In this document: positions 53,836 through 64,000 of the stretch, piece by piece
Position numbering within the stretch: position 1 is the first letter of the stretch
Layout of the letters: each line of letters begins with the position of its first letter
Assembly (NCBI GenBank): GCA_963770765.1
Contig: CAVYQS010000014.1
Span: 5,453-69,452 of the forward strand
Direction of reading: 5' to 3'
From: an uncultured Actinomycetes bacterium
Lineage (GTDB): Bacteria > Actinomycetota > Coriobacteriia > Anaerosomatales > PHET01
DNA: 64,000 nt
Made by a program: the position numbers and the translations under genes
Notes under the pieces: generated by a model
What the model saw: the letters and a program-made list of their open reading frames with translations, nothing else
Database searches by the model: none
What the model was told of the DNA's origin: nothing

Positions 53836-55327
53836 ATGCGTGAAGCACGCTCAGGCGAACGCGCCAAGGGTGGTTCGAAATCGCGGTTGACTCGAACGGT
53901 ACGGCGTCGCAGGCTTGTCGCCGCGTTGGTGGGTATCGACGCTCGTTGCGATTCTGGTCGCCGCGTTCTTGACCACGTGGATTCGGTTCGGCTCCATCAC
54001 AGCCCCCGTGCGATTCGAGTCTCCCGGGACTGCACGTGAGCTTCTGGCAGCTGGCCTTGGTCGTTGTCCCGCTGTGGGTGTGTCTGCTGGCTCTGTCGGG
54101 CGTCTACGATCCGGACCGGCTTTCGTGGGGTCTTCCGGAACCGGGTCGAATCGTCCGGTCCATCTCGTTCGGCGTCGTGGTGCTCATCCTCGCGACGTTC
54201 TTGGCGAAGCTGCCGGGCCTTTCGCGCGCATGGACGCTGTTGCTGTGGTTGCTGACGATCCTCTGCGGTGATGGCGGGACGGGTATGCGTCTCGTACTGG
54301 TTCACGCGGATGCACAGGCGCGGCCGGTACACCAAGGCCACGCTCGTCGTGGGGAGCAACAGCGAATCGGCGGATATCGTTCGGGTGCTCAGAGCGAACG
54401 TCGACGCAGGGTTGGTGCCGGTGGGTGTTGTCGCTTCGTCGCAGGCCGAGCGCCTTGAACTCGACTACTCCTCGACCGACACCCCGATGCTGGGAGCGGC
54501 GCGCGACATCCTTCGCATCGTCGACGAACACCGAGGCCGACGTCATCGTCATCGCCTCGTCGGCGTTCGATCACGAGGTGCTCGCGCGTATCATCGCTGA
54601 GCTGCGGACCACGGATGTGGACGTGCACGTGTCATCGGGCTTGTTCGAAGTCCTGAGCAGCCGCGTGCTGGTGAGTGAGATCGCCGGGGTGCCGCTGATC
54701 ACCATCAAGGGCATTTCACTCTCGCGCGGCAACCTGCTCGTGAAGCGTGCCTTCGACCTTGTGACGGCCGGTCTGATCGTTGTGATCGGTCTGCCGCTGT
54801 GGGCGTTGATCGCCGCCGGGATCAAGCTCACGAGTGACGGACCGGTCTTCTACGGCCAGGAACGTGTAGGCCGCCGGGGCCAGCGGTTCAAGATGCTCAA
54901 GTTTCGCTCGATGTATCAGGACGCCGATGCCAGGCGTGATGATCTGGCGCAGGCGAACGAGGCGTCCGGGCCACTGTTCAAGATCAGGGATGATCCGCGT
55001 GTCACGACCATCGGGAGGTGGCTGCGCAAGTACTCCCTCGACGAGTTTCCCCAGCTCATCAATGTGCTCAGAGGAGAGATGTCCCTCGTTGGGCCGCGAC
55101 CGCCGCTCCCCGTCGAGGTGGGACGCTACTCCATCAAGGACTGGAGGCGTCTCGAGGTGGTTCCCGGTATGACGGGGCTGTGGCAGGTCTCAGGGCGAAG
55201 CTCGCTCACCTTCGACGAGATGGTCTCGCTCGACCTCTTCTACATCGAGAACTGGTCTGTCACGCTCGATCTCACCTTGCTCGTGCGCACCGTTCCCGCC
55301 GTTCTGTTCGCTCGCGGCGCCTACTGA
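53836..55327 (+). pseudogene. Polyprenyl-phosphate hexose-1-phosphate (WbaP/EpsB-type) priming glycosyltransferase, four frame breaks in the N-terminal half
   Basis: The C-terminal bacterial sugar-transferase domain is intact (KRAFDLVTAG...KFRSM...PLFKIRDDPRVTTIGRWLRKYSLDEFPQLINVLRGEMSLVGPRP). The N-terminal TM and Rossmann-like parts lie in frames 1,2,0,1,2, beginning at 53836, ~53915, ~54036, ~54268 and ~54530. ATG 53836 follows an AAGGGGAG RBS. Confidence 0.85.
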
Positions 55328-55338
55328 GGGGCTTGGCC

Positions 55339-56424
55339 ATGAAGCTGATCGTCGTAGTGGGGGCGCGCCCCAACTTCATCAAGGTCGGTCCCTTGATGCC
55401 GGCTCTGGCAAGGGCCGGTGTGCAGGCTTCGATAGCGCACACGGGCCAGCACTACGATGCTTCCATGTCGGATGTCTTCTTCGAGGACCTGTCACTTCCA
55501 GAGCCGGCGTGGTTCCTTGGAGTCGGCTCGGGCACGCACGCGGTCCAGACGGCCAAGGCCATGATCGCGCTCGAGGAACTCTTGGACGCCGAACGTCCCG
55601 ACGGATTGATCGTCGTGGGCGATGTGAACTCGACCCTCGCGGGGGCTTTGGCGGCGGTCAAGCTCGGCGTTCCGGTGATCCATCTCGAGGCGGGTCTGCG
55701 CAGCGGCGACATGACCATGCCCGAGGAGGTCAACCGGCTCGTCACGGATCAGCTCTCCTCGATGCTGTTGACGCCGGTGCCGGACGCTCGAGCGAACCTC
55801 GAGCGAGAGGGGGTGGGTTCGGACCGCATCCATTTCGTCGGTAACATCATGGCCGAGTCAGTGCTGTCGAACCTGCCTCGAATCGAAGGAGCGGAGCCGG
55901 CCGCCACGTATGGGCTTCATGTCGGCGAGTTCATGTTGGTGACCTGTCATCGCCCCGAGAACACCGATCACCCCGAGCGTCTGCGCGAGATCGTCTCGGC
56001 CATCAACGAGTGCGGAATGCCGGTGCTGCTGCCGGCGCACCCGCGGACCCGCCCGCTGCTGGAGGGCGCCGGAATCCTCGGGGCGGAGGCGAACGTACAC
56101 GTCGTCGACCCGGTGGGCTATCTCTCGATGCTGGCGCTGCAACGCGACGCGGCACTCGTCCTCACGGATTCCGGGGGCATCCAGGAGGAGTCCTGCATGC
56201 TACACACGCCGTGCGTGACCGTGCGGCGAAACACGGAACGACAGATCACGGTGGAGATCGGGTCGAACCGCCTCGTGAGCGCCGACCGCCACGAGATTCT
56301 CGCTGCGATCGACTCCGGGCTGGACTCATCCACCCAGTGGCCGGTGCCCGAGCGTTGGGACTCAGAGGTGTCGTCGCGTGTCGTCGACGCACTGCGATCG
56401 GGAATCATTCCACTCGCCCACTAG
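55339..56424 (+). CDS. wecB: UDP-N-acetylglucosamine 2-epimerase (non-hydrolysing)
   Basis: It has the motifs MKLIVVVGARPNFIK, HLEAGLRS and TDSGGIQEE. ATG 55339 is preferred over the 107-aa upstream extension, which overlaps the priming transferase. Confidence 0.9.
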   Translation: MKLIVVVGARPNFIKVGPLMPALARAGVQASIAHTGQHYDASMSDVFFEDLSLPEPAWFLGVGSGTHAVQTAKAMIALEELLDAERPDGLIVVGDVNSTLAGALAAVKLGVPVIHLEAGLRSGDMTMPEEVNRLVTDQLSSMLLTPVPDARANLEREGVGSDRIHFVGNIMAESVLSNLPRIEGAEPAATYGLHVGEFMLVTCHRPENTDHPERLREIVSAINECGMPVLLPAHPRTRPLLEGAGILGAEANVHVVDPVGYLSMLALQRDAALVLTDSGGIQEESCMLHTPCVTVRRNTERQITVEIGSNRLVSADRHEILAAIDSGLDSSTQWPVPERWDSEVSSRVVDALRSGIIPLAH

Positions 56425-56459
56425 GGTGCGGCAACGACGCTCACGGAAGCGGGGTACTG

Positions 56460-57438
56460 GTGCGTGTACTGGTGACAGGTGGAGCCGGCTACATCGGGTC
56501 CATCACGACAAGGACGCTGTTGGACGAGGGTCATGAGTGTGTCGTTCTCGACACGCTTGAACGAGGCTGGCGGGCCGCTGTCGACCCGCGGGCAGCATTC
56601 GTTCGAGGATCCGTCGGTGACGCGGACGCTCTCTCGCTCGCGCTGGAGGGCGTCGACGCTGTCATGCATCTGGCGGGCTACATCGAGGTCGCCGAGTCCC
56701 AAGTGGATCCCGAGAAGTACCTGCGCAACAACGCCGTTGAGCCCTGCAAGATGCTTGATGCGATGCAGGAAAGGGGCATCGACGCCATCGTCTTCTCTTC
56801 GACGGCCGCTGTGTATGGAGAGCCGGAGACCGTTCCGATCTTCGAAGACGCGATGACGAAGCCCATCAACGCCTACGGTGAGTCGAAGCTGCGATTCGAG
56901 CACGAGCTCGACGCCAGGGGCAAGGAGGGGATGCGTTCGATCAGGTTCCGCTACTTCAACGTGGCTGGGGCATGGCCTGACGGCTCGCTCGGGTGAGGCT
57001 CACGATCCCGAGACCCATATCGTCCCCCGCATTCTCGCGGCGATGCGCGAGGGCCGGACATCGTTCGAGGTCTTCGGCGGCGACTATCCGACTGCCGATG
57101 GCACCTGCGTTCGAGACTATGTGCATGTCTGCGACCTCGCGCGTGCCCACCTTCTTGCGCTGGAGCGCCTGCACGCAGGTGCGGAGTCCGCGGTGTATAA
57201 CCTCGGCAACGGGGGAGGGTTCAGCAACCTCGAGGTTGTCCGAGCATGCGCCGAGGCGACCGATCGCGATGTCGATGTGGTGATCGGTCCCAGAAGGCCG
57301 GGCGACCCCGCCGTACTCGTTGCCTCCGCAGACAAGGCCGCGGGGGCGCTGGGCTGGCACCCGGAGTACACCGACCTGAAGGTCATGGTGGCCGATGCCT
57401 GGCGCTGGCATCTTGCCCACCCGAACGGCTACCGCTAG
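56460..57438 (+). pseudogene. galE: UDP-glucose 4-epimerase, one frame break
   Basis: It has the Rossmann motif VLVTGGAGYIGS and the catalytic YGESK. Removing the T at 56994 (GGGTGAGG) restores ...PDGSLGEAHDPETHIVPRIL.... Confidence 0.9.
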
Positions 57439-57471
57439 ACTGATTCCTCGCCGCCATCGTGCGGCTTGATC

Positions 57472-57546
57472 GGGCGATTAACTCAGCGGGAGAGTGCCAC
57501 CTTCACACGGTGGAAGTCACTGGTTCAAATCCAGTATCGCCCACCA
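57472..57546 (+). tRNA. tRNA-Val (anticodon CAC), CCA encoded
   Basis: The acceptor is GGGCGAT/ATCGCCC, the D stem ACTC/GAGT, the anticodon stem CCACC/GGTGG with loop TTCACAC, and the T arm ACTGG-TTCAAAT-CCAGT. Length is 75 nt. Confidence 0.92.
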
Positions 57547-57624
57547 GCTACTCTAGACCCGTCATTTGCGGAAACGCAGGTGGCGGGTCTTCTTGACGCC
57601 CTGAGAGAGCGGCGCATGGGCAAC

Positions 57625-58143
57625 CTAGCGCCAAGAAGCTGTGCGCCGCGCCCGAAGCGCGAAGCGCATGATGATGCCCGCGGCGACAGCCAGCAGCATG
57701 ATCAGCACCCAAAGACCCCATAGGTTGAAGATGAACACCATGCCCATGACGGTAAGCAGCAGTCCCACGAATCCCGACCCAGTTGCCAGGAAGGCCACGC
57801 CCAGGAAGATCAGCACAAGACCCACGACCCACCCGGCGGCCGATTCCGATTGTTGCCGTCTCCTGCGGGGCGCAGCTTGGGAGACTGCGTCTGCCCCGGG
57901 CTCAGCGCTCCTTGTCGGCGGGTCGGTCCGTGGCTGGTGTCTGGTCCATTCCCTGTTGTACGCCGTCCTCTTGTCAGGGTCGCCGATCACGTCGTAGGCC
58001 TCGTTCAGCCGCTGCGCATGGCGGGTGTCACCACCCTTGTCGGGATGGTGCTTGCTGATGAGGGCGCGGTAGGCCCTGCCGATGACTTCGGCATCGGCAC
58101 GTGGACTGACTTGCAGCACGTCGTAGTAGTCGACGAAGCCCAT
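57625..58143 (-). CDS. Membrane protein with an N-terminal J-domain
   Basis: The J-domain reads DYYDVLQVSPRADAEVIGRAYRALISKHHPDKGGD...LNEAYDVIGDPDKRTAYN. A Pro/Arg-rich linker and three C-terminal hydrophobic helices follow. Confidence 0.8.
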   Translation of the reverse strand: MGFVDYYDVLQVSPRADAEVIGRAYRALISKHHPDKGGDTRHAQRLNEAYDVIGDPDKRTAYNREWTRHQPRTDPPTRSAEPGADAVSQAAPRRRRQQSESAAGWVVGLVLIFLGVAFLATGSGFVGLLLTVMGMVFIFNLWGLWVLIMLLAVAAGIIMRFALRARRTASWR

Positions 58144-58334
58144 GTCTACCGGACTCCCTTCATCGCGGCGCGTCTACGCTAGATGATAGGCCCTCAGAAG
58201 CCACCTCGCTTTCCCAAGCATCGATATCGCCCCGACATGGACCGGCAGCACCCATCCACCAATGATCCACGATTCGAGAACCGGTGCTCTTTCGTGACTC
58301 TTTTCGAGGAAACCGAGGGGGCTTCCTCGATGGC

Positions 58335-59420
58335 TCAGGACGCTGTGCGCCCAGATGAACCGCTTGTGCGCGCGGCGATGACACTCCGGTAGGACTGCAC
58401 CATCGCTTGTGCGTTCCTGCGGGCGTCATGGTACTGCTCGACATATGCGCGCGATTCGCGGCCCAGTCTGACTCTCTTCTCGCCGTCGGTGAGCAGGTCA
58501 CGCAGGACCGTCGCGATGGTGTCAGGTTCGGCCTGAACGATCGGCAAGCTTGCAGGATACTCGCGGCGCACGCTCTCCTTCACGTAGCAGACCGCTGGCT
58601 TTCCCATGGCCATCGCCTCGATCGACGCGAGCCCGTAGTTGCCCATGATCAGCGAATCCACGAAGACATCCGACGCATGAAGCGCCTGCAATGCCTCTCC
58701 GTGCGCGCAACCTTCGACCAAGTGGAAATCGAAGGCCAAGCCCTCGCTCCGAAGAGTCTCGATGGCTGCGAGGACATGGTCAGTCCCCTTGATGAGGCGT
58801 CGGCTGGGAGCGTGGACGATCAGAGGCCTCGACGTGTTCGGGTCCGGAACTCGAGGAGCGAAGGCGGACAGATCGAACCCGAGCATCGCGGGGATGAAGA
58901 GTCCTTCACACAAGTCGAGCATGTACTGGCGTCTGGCCGGATGCACGACTGACACTGCGCCGACGGACCGAAACCGCGCCTGACGATCCCTCGATTGAGT
59001 CTCGGACGCTCGCCACGTGCTACGAAACTCCTCGTTCTCCAGCCACAGCCTCCTGAAGTGAGGGTTATCGAGCATCTCGACTTCGAATCGGCGAACGTCA
59101 GAACCCAGCCACTCGATCACACACGGCTTTCGAAGCCGTCTCAGAAGCCCGAGGTCCCGCCCTTTCGGCAGGATCGGGGTACCCCAGTACCAGTGCACGA
59201 TGTCAGCCCACAGGAACTGCTTGAGGAACCAAAGGTAACGCGGCGGCACCGGCCCTCCGTCGGGCATGACCCGCAGCCCGTCGGTGCTCACGATCGGAGG
59301 CTGCGGGCCGAACACGAAACCGCGAGCGTCCAGACCGATCGATCTTTGAGCGAGAACGTTCGTAGACATGACCGAAGCGAAGTTCTTGTTCACGTGCAGT
59401 ACCCGCATCGTCCGGCTCAT
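58335..59420 (-). CDS. GT4-like glycosyltransferase
   Basis: It has the C-terminal GT-B nucleotide-sugar domain (LIVHAPSRRLIKGTDHVL...GNYGLASIEAMAMGKPAV). Its ATG overlaps the upstream gene's stop (ATGA). Confidence 0.7.
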   Translation of the reverse strand: MSRTMRVLHVNKNFASVMSTNVLAQRSIGLDARGFVFGPQPPIVSTDGLRVMPDGGPVPPRYLWFLKQFLWADIVHWYWGTPILPKGRDLGLLRRLRKPCVIEWLGSDVRRFEVEMLDNPHFRRLWLENEEFRSTWRASETQSRDRQARFRSVGAVSVVHPARRQYMLDLCEGLFIPAMLGFDLSAFAPRVPDPNTSRPLIVHAPSRRLIKGTDHVLAAIETLRSEGLAFDFHLVEGCAHGEALQALHASDVFVDSLIMGNYGLASIEAMAMGKPAVCYVKESVRREYPASLPIVQAEPDTIATVLRDLLTDGEKRVRLGRESRAYVEQYHDARRNAQAMVQSYRSVIAARTSGSSGRTAS

Positions 59421-61045
59421 GGCATGTCTCCTGCAGCCGAGTAGCGTCGCATGACCACAGTCATCGAATCGGCGAACAGTCTGTCGTAGTCCTTCAGGAG
59501 CGGGGAGGTGGCCAGTTTGCGCTGCGCAAACGCTCCTCTCGGCACGCCCGCCTCCTCCACGATCCGTCGCGGGATGGGGCGATCGTAGTCACCTCCGACT
59601 GAGTACCGTCGCATCTCCGGCTGACGGGAGAGCCCCTTGGCCGACTCAGCGAATCGTCCTCCGATGAAGGGGAGAGGGAGGTGCGCGAAGCCAACTCGAA
59701 GGCGAAACTCGGTGAGGCTCTTTCCGAAGAGCACGCGAACCGGCAAACCTGAGGGAACGTCAGACCCGAGTCCCCAGATGCTGTCGCCCCACGTTCCGGT
59801 CACAAGCATCTTCGCGGGGAGATCGTCTTCGAAGGCCAGGTACATGATGTCGTCACCGATGCCGAAAGTAGCTATGAACTCGGCAGCTTCAGCGAACAGG
59901 TCGGCACCGGACTCAGGCCTGAGATTGTCGACCCGGGGTCCCCATCACGTGAGTACGCTCGGTCACACGAAGCCCGAGGAGCCGGCCGATGTGAGTTCCG
60001 GAGTCGTCATGCCCGACGATGTGTGACCTTGAGAGTGAGCGCATCCTCGCATCCGGCATCAGCCGCTAAGGCCGCGGTGGCCGGCGAATCGTAGCCGCTT
60101 GAGATCGTCGCGACAGGAGTGAGAGGGACTCGCCTGTCGTGCGAACTGCCGTTGGCGAAGAGCTCACGGGTCTTGCCCTGAAGCAGTTCGACGTACTCCT
60201 CGAAGGAATCGAACTCGCGGCGAGCCGGCGACCACTGACGGATCGGGCCTTCCTCTGGAGTCCACGAAGAAGTTGAAGTAGCTGCATTGATAGAGCTGAT
60301 ACGCACTGTCGGCGGCCACGAGCGGCCGGACGCGATCGACTCCTCTTCGACCTTGCTCGAACGCATGAGTCTTGAGATTGACAGCCACACGTTCGAAGAA
60401 CGGAGATCCCACCGCCACGCCGGCCTCCGTGAAGAGGAACGGCAATGAGTTGCCCACGAAGGTGACGCCGTCAGACTCGCGATGAAGTGCGAAGAGGCAC
60501 TCCTCCAAGTGTCGGGGTGGGACGAACAGCGGCGGGCCATCGACCCAGACAGCGCCGCTCCCGAAAGCATACGTGCAGGCATCCGGGCGGAAGCTGTCGA
60601 AATCTCCGTCCCACACGCCCTCGAACACCCCGTTATCGTGCAGCTCCACGCCCTGACCAACGGTGAACAACCAGCCCTCAGTAGAACCCGATGCGATCCA
60701 TGCGAGCATGGGTATCGATCCGTCGGTTCGCACTGAGACCCTGGCAGCGGGGGCGGTCTGGCCGCCGGTCAGGCCGCGTAGTCGAAGCTCCGACAGGCGA
60801 AAGCGGAGCTGCGCGCTCAGGTTGTGTAGAGCAAGATCCCTGCTGCTGTATGGCCACAGAACCAACCACCGCATCGACCTCAGCAGGGACTCCCGTCCAT
60901 GGGCCGCACCCCTCAGTGCTGCACGCCGGAGTGACTGCGATGCCTGAATCGCGCGAACCAACACGGCCTTGGTCCGAGGATAGCGACGGATGAACGTTCG
61001 CACCCTGTCGGAGAATCCGGACGCCCCGTGCTCTGAGAGAGCCAC
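59417..61045 (-). pseudogene. Asparagine-synthase-like PP-loop ATP-pyrophosphatase with an unrecognised N-terminal domain; at least three frame breaks
   Basis: The pieces lie in minus frames 1,0,2,1. The central segment W.PARREFDSFEEYVELLQGKTRELFANG...VATISSGYDSPATAALAA matches the AsnB pattern (spacer helix plus the SGG.DS PP-loop). The N-terminus lacks the Cys2 nucleophile. The breaks lie near ~60,280, ~60,015 and ~59,945. Confidence 0.55.
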
Positions 61046-61165
61046 TCAGCGCTCCTTCCCCCCGAGACGGCTGATGCGTTCACGATACTCGTAACGGGGT
61101 CGGGTGTCGTTCGAGGTTGCCGAACGCGACCCGGCCTTGCTCCGGCGATGCTATGCTGACACGCT

Positions 61166-63244
<2,079 letters not shown>

Positions 63245-63289
63245 TCCGGCAGCACGGCCCCTGAGCTGTGCATTGGTGACTGCATGCGC

Positions 63290-63315
63290 CACTTTGTAAC
63301 AATCTTTACAAAGTG
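63290..63315. promoter_or_regulatory. Perfect inverted repeat CACTTTGTAA-CAATCT-TTACAAAGTG upstream of nuoA (candidate transcription-factor operator)
   Basis: The 10-6-10 palindrome was read directly. It is AT-rich in GC-rich DNA and lies 130 nt upstream of the nuoA ATG. The core TGTAA-N6-TTACA has the CRP/FNR-type spacing. Confidence 0.5.
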
Positions 63316-63444
63316 TTTTGGGCATTCTACACTGTGCGCAGCCGCTTCTCATCCGGTTCGAAGCGGCGGTCCTTTTGGGAACTGTCTAACCGGCCCGCGC
63401 GACGTGAGCGACAACCGTCCGCGAGACAGGCGCCAGGGGGTTTC

Positions 63445-63813
63445 ATGCAGGGGGCTGCTGCCCAGGGGTTGTGGTTCGTCATCGGTCTCGCTACTGCGGC
63501 TGCCGGTTTCATCGGCATCGTCTTCGCGGCCAACGCCCTTCTGTCCCCGCGTCGCCCAAACGCGAACAAGGCCGCGCCGTACGAATGCGGTATGGAGCCA
63601 GCGGGTCGTGCATGGGCGCCTCAGCGCATGCGCTTCTCGACCATCGCCGTGATACTCGTGCTGTTCGACGCCGAGGCCGTGCTTCTGTTCGCCGTTGCCT
63701 CCAAGCTTCGTGGGAGCGCGCTCGCCGTTCTCGAGGTCGGCCTCTTCGTCGCGTTCCTCGCTGCGGGTCTCGCCTACGCATGGCGCAAGGGGGCGCTGGA
63801 ATGGCGCTCGTAG
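63445..63813 (+). CDS. nuoA: NADH-quinone oxidoreductase subunit A
   Basis: It has three TM helices and the conserved motif YECGMEP...FDAEAVLLF. ATG 63445 is preferred over the upstream extension. Confidence 0.9.
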   Translation: MQGAAAQGLWFVIGLATAAAGFIGIVFAANALLSPRRPNANKAAPYECGMEPAGRAWAPQRMRFSTIAVILVLFDAEAVLLFAVASKLRGSALAVLEVGLFVAFLAAGLAYAWRKGALEWRS

Positions 63814-64000
63814 ACCGCGTTGGTGAGCTTCTGGACAATGGACCCGGTGGAGTCATCCTCACCAGCGTCGACGCGCTGGCGGACTGGTCCCGCGGGCAGT
63901 CGCTGTGGGCATTCCCCATGGGTACGGCGTGCTGCGCGATGGAACTCATCGCAGCGTCCTTCTCGAAGTTCGACTTCGACCGTCTGGGAACGTTCCCTCG
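63801..64000 (+). CDS. nuoB: NADH-quinone oxidoreductase subunit B, N-terminal fragment (runs off the window)
   Basis: I translated it manually from ATG 63801: MALVDRVGELLDNGPGGVILTSVDALADWSRGQSLWAFPMGTACCAMELIAA.... It shows the NuoB hallmark (SLW..P.G.ACC..E). It overlaps the nuoA end by 13 nt. Confidence 0.85.
   Translation, partial: MALVDRVGELLDNGPGGVILTSVDALADWSRGQSLWAFPMGTACCAMELIAASFSKFDFDRLGTFP

Noticed and set aside
55018-55338. N-terminal extensions of ORF-track entries. Examples: wecB 55018.., rpoD 34543.., lepA 6445.., hrcA 10574.. and dgt 29192... Others are the dgkA ORF 17288.., the PPDK regulator 25268.., nuoA 63313.., the acetyltransferase 45952.. and galE 56010...
   Set aside because: The extensions overlap the preceding genes, have junk-like composition and lack RBSs. 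Conserved N-termini with good RBSs start further downstream, and I used those starts.
59417-61045. AsnB-like enzyme as a lasso-peptide cyclase (implying a RiPP cluster).
   Set aside because: No transglutaminase-like leader protease, RRE protein, short precursor ORF or dedicated ABC exporter lies in the operon. The neighbour is a glycosyltransferase.
57547-61100. Integrated mobile element or prophage remnant next to tRNA-Val (and likewise next to tRNA-Asn/Met).
   Set aside because: No integrase, transposase, phage gene or duplicated tRNA 3' segment (att) could be found. The genes are biosynthetic or chaperone-like.

Overview
This is a high-GC (roughly 65% by eye) bacterial chromosome segment with no rRNA, CRISPR array, transposase, integrase or phage genes. 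No defence or other clearly novel system is supportable from the sequence alone. Positions 1-36.1 kb form a dense, co-directional housekeeping backbone. The order is leuS, comEA, comEC, holA, rpsT (minus strand), lepA, dus, hemW, CIRCE-hrcA-dnaJ, rsmE, mtaB, phoH, an HD-domain protein, ybeY, a dgkA-PAP2 fusion, corC, cdd, era, deoC, recO and glyQS. It continues with the PPDK regulatory protein, ppdK, dgt, a membrane pyrophosphatase, dnaG and rpoD. As I recall, this order is typical of Actinomycetota, with some Bacillota-like touches (dgkA-cdd, glyQS followed by the PPDK regulator). Positions 36.2-57.5 kb hold a cell-envelope polysaccharide locus bracketed by tRNA-Asn/tRNA-Met on the left and tRNA-Val on the right. 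It encodes a PASTA-amidase, an LCP-like protein, a Wzz/BY-kinase, Wzx, a Wzy-like protein, GT4 and GT26 transferases, acetyltransferases, WbaP-type priming transferase, WecB and GalE. Embedded antisense in it is a roughly 1,500-aa secreted protein made of an NHL propeller, Ig-like domains and tandem beta-sandwich-like modules. After tRNA-Val comes a minus-strand three-gene module (AsnB-like PP-loop enzyme, glycosyltransferase, membrane J-domain protein). Then follow an ABC-F ATPase and the start of the nuo operon, which is preceded by a perfect AT-rich palindrome. The most unusual global property is about 20 single-base reading-frame breaks. Seventeen lie in the accessory 36.6-61 kb part, and nearly all are equivalent to one extra base. 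I cannot tell from sequence alone whether this reflects assembly error or real gene decay.
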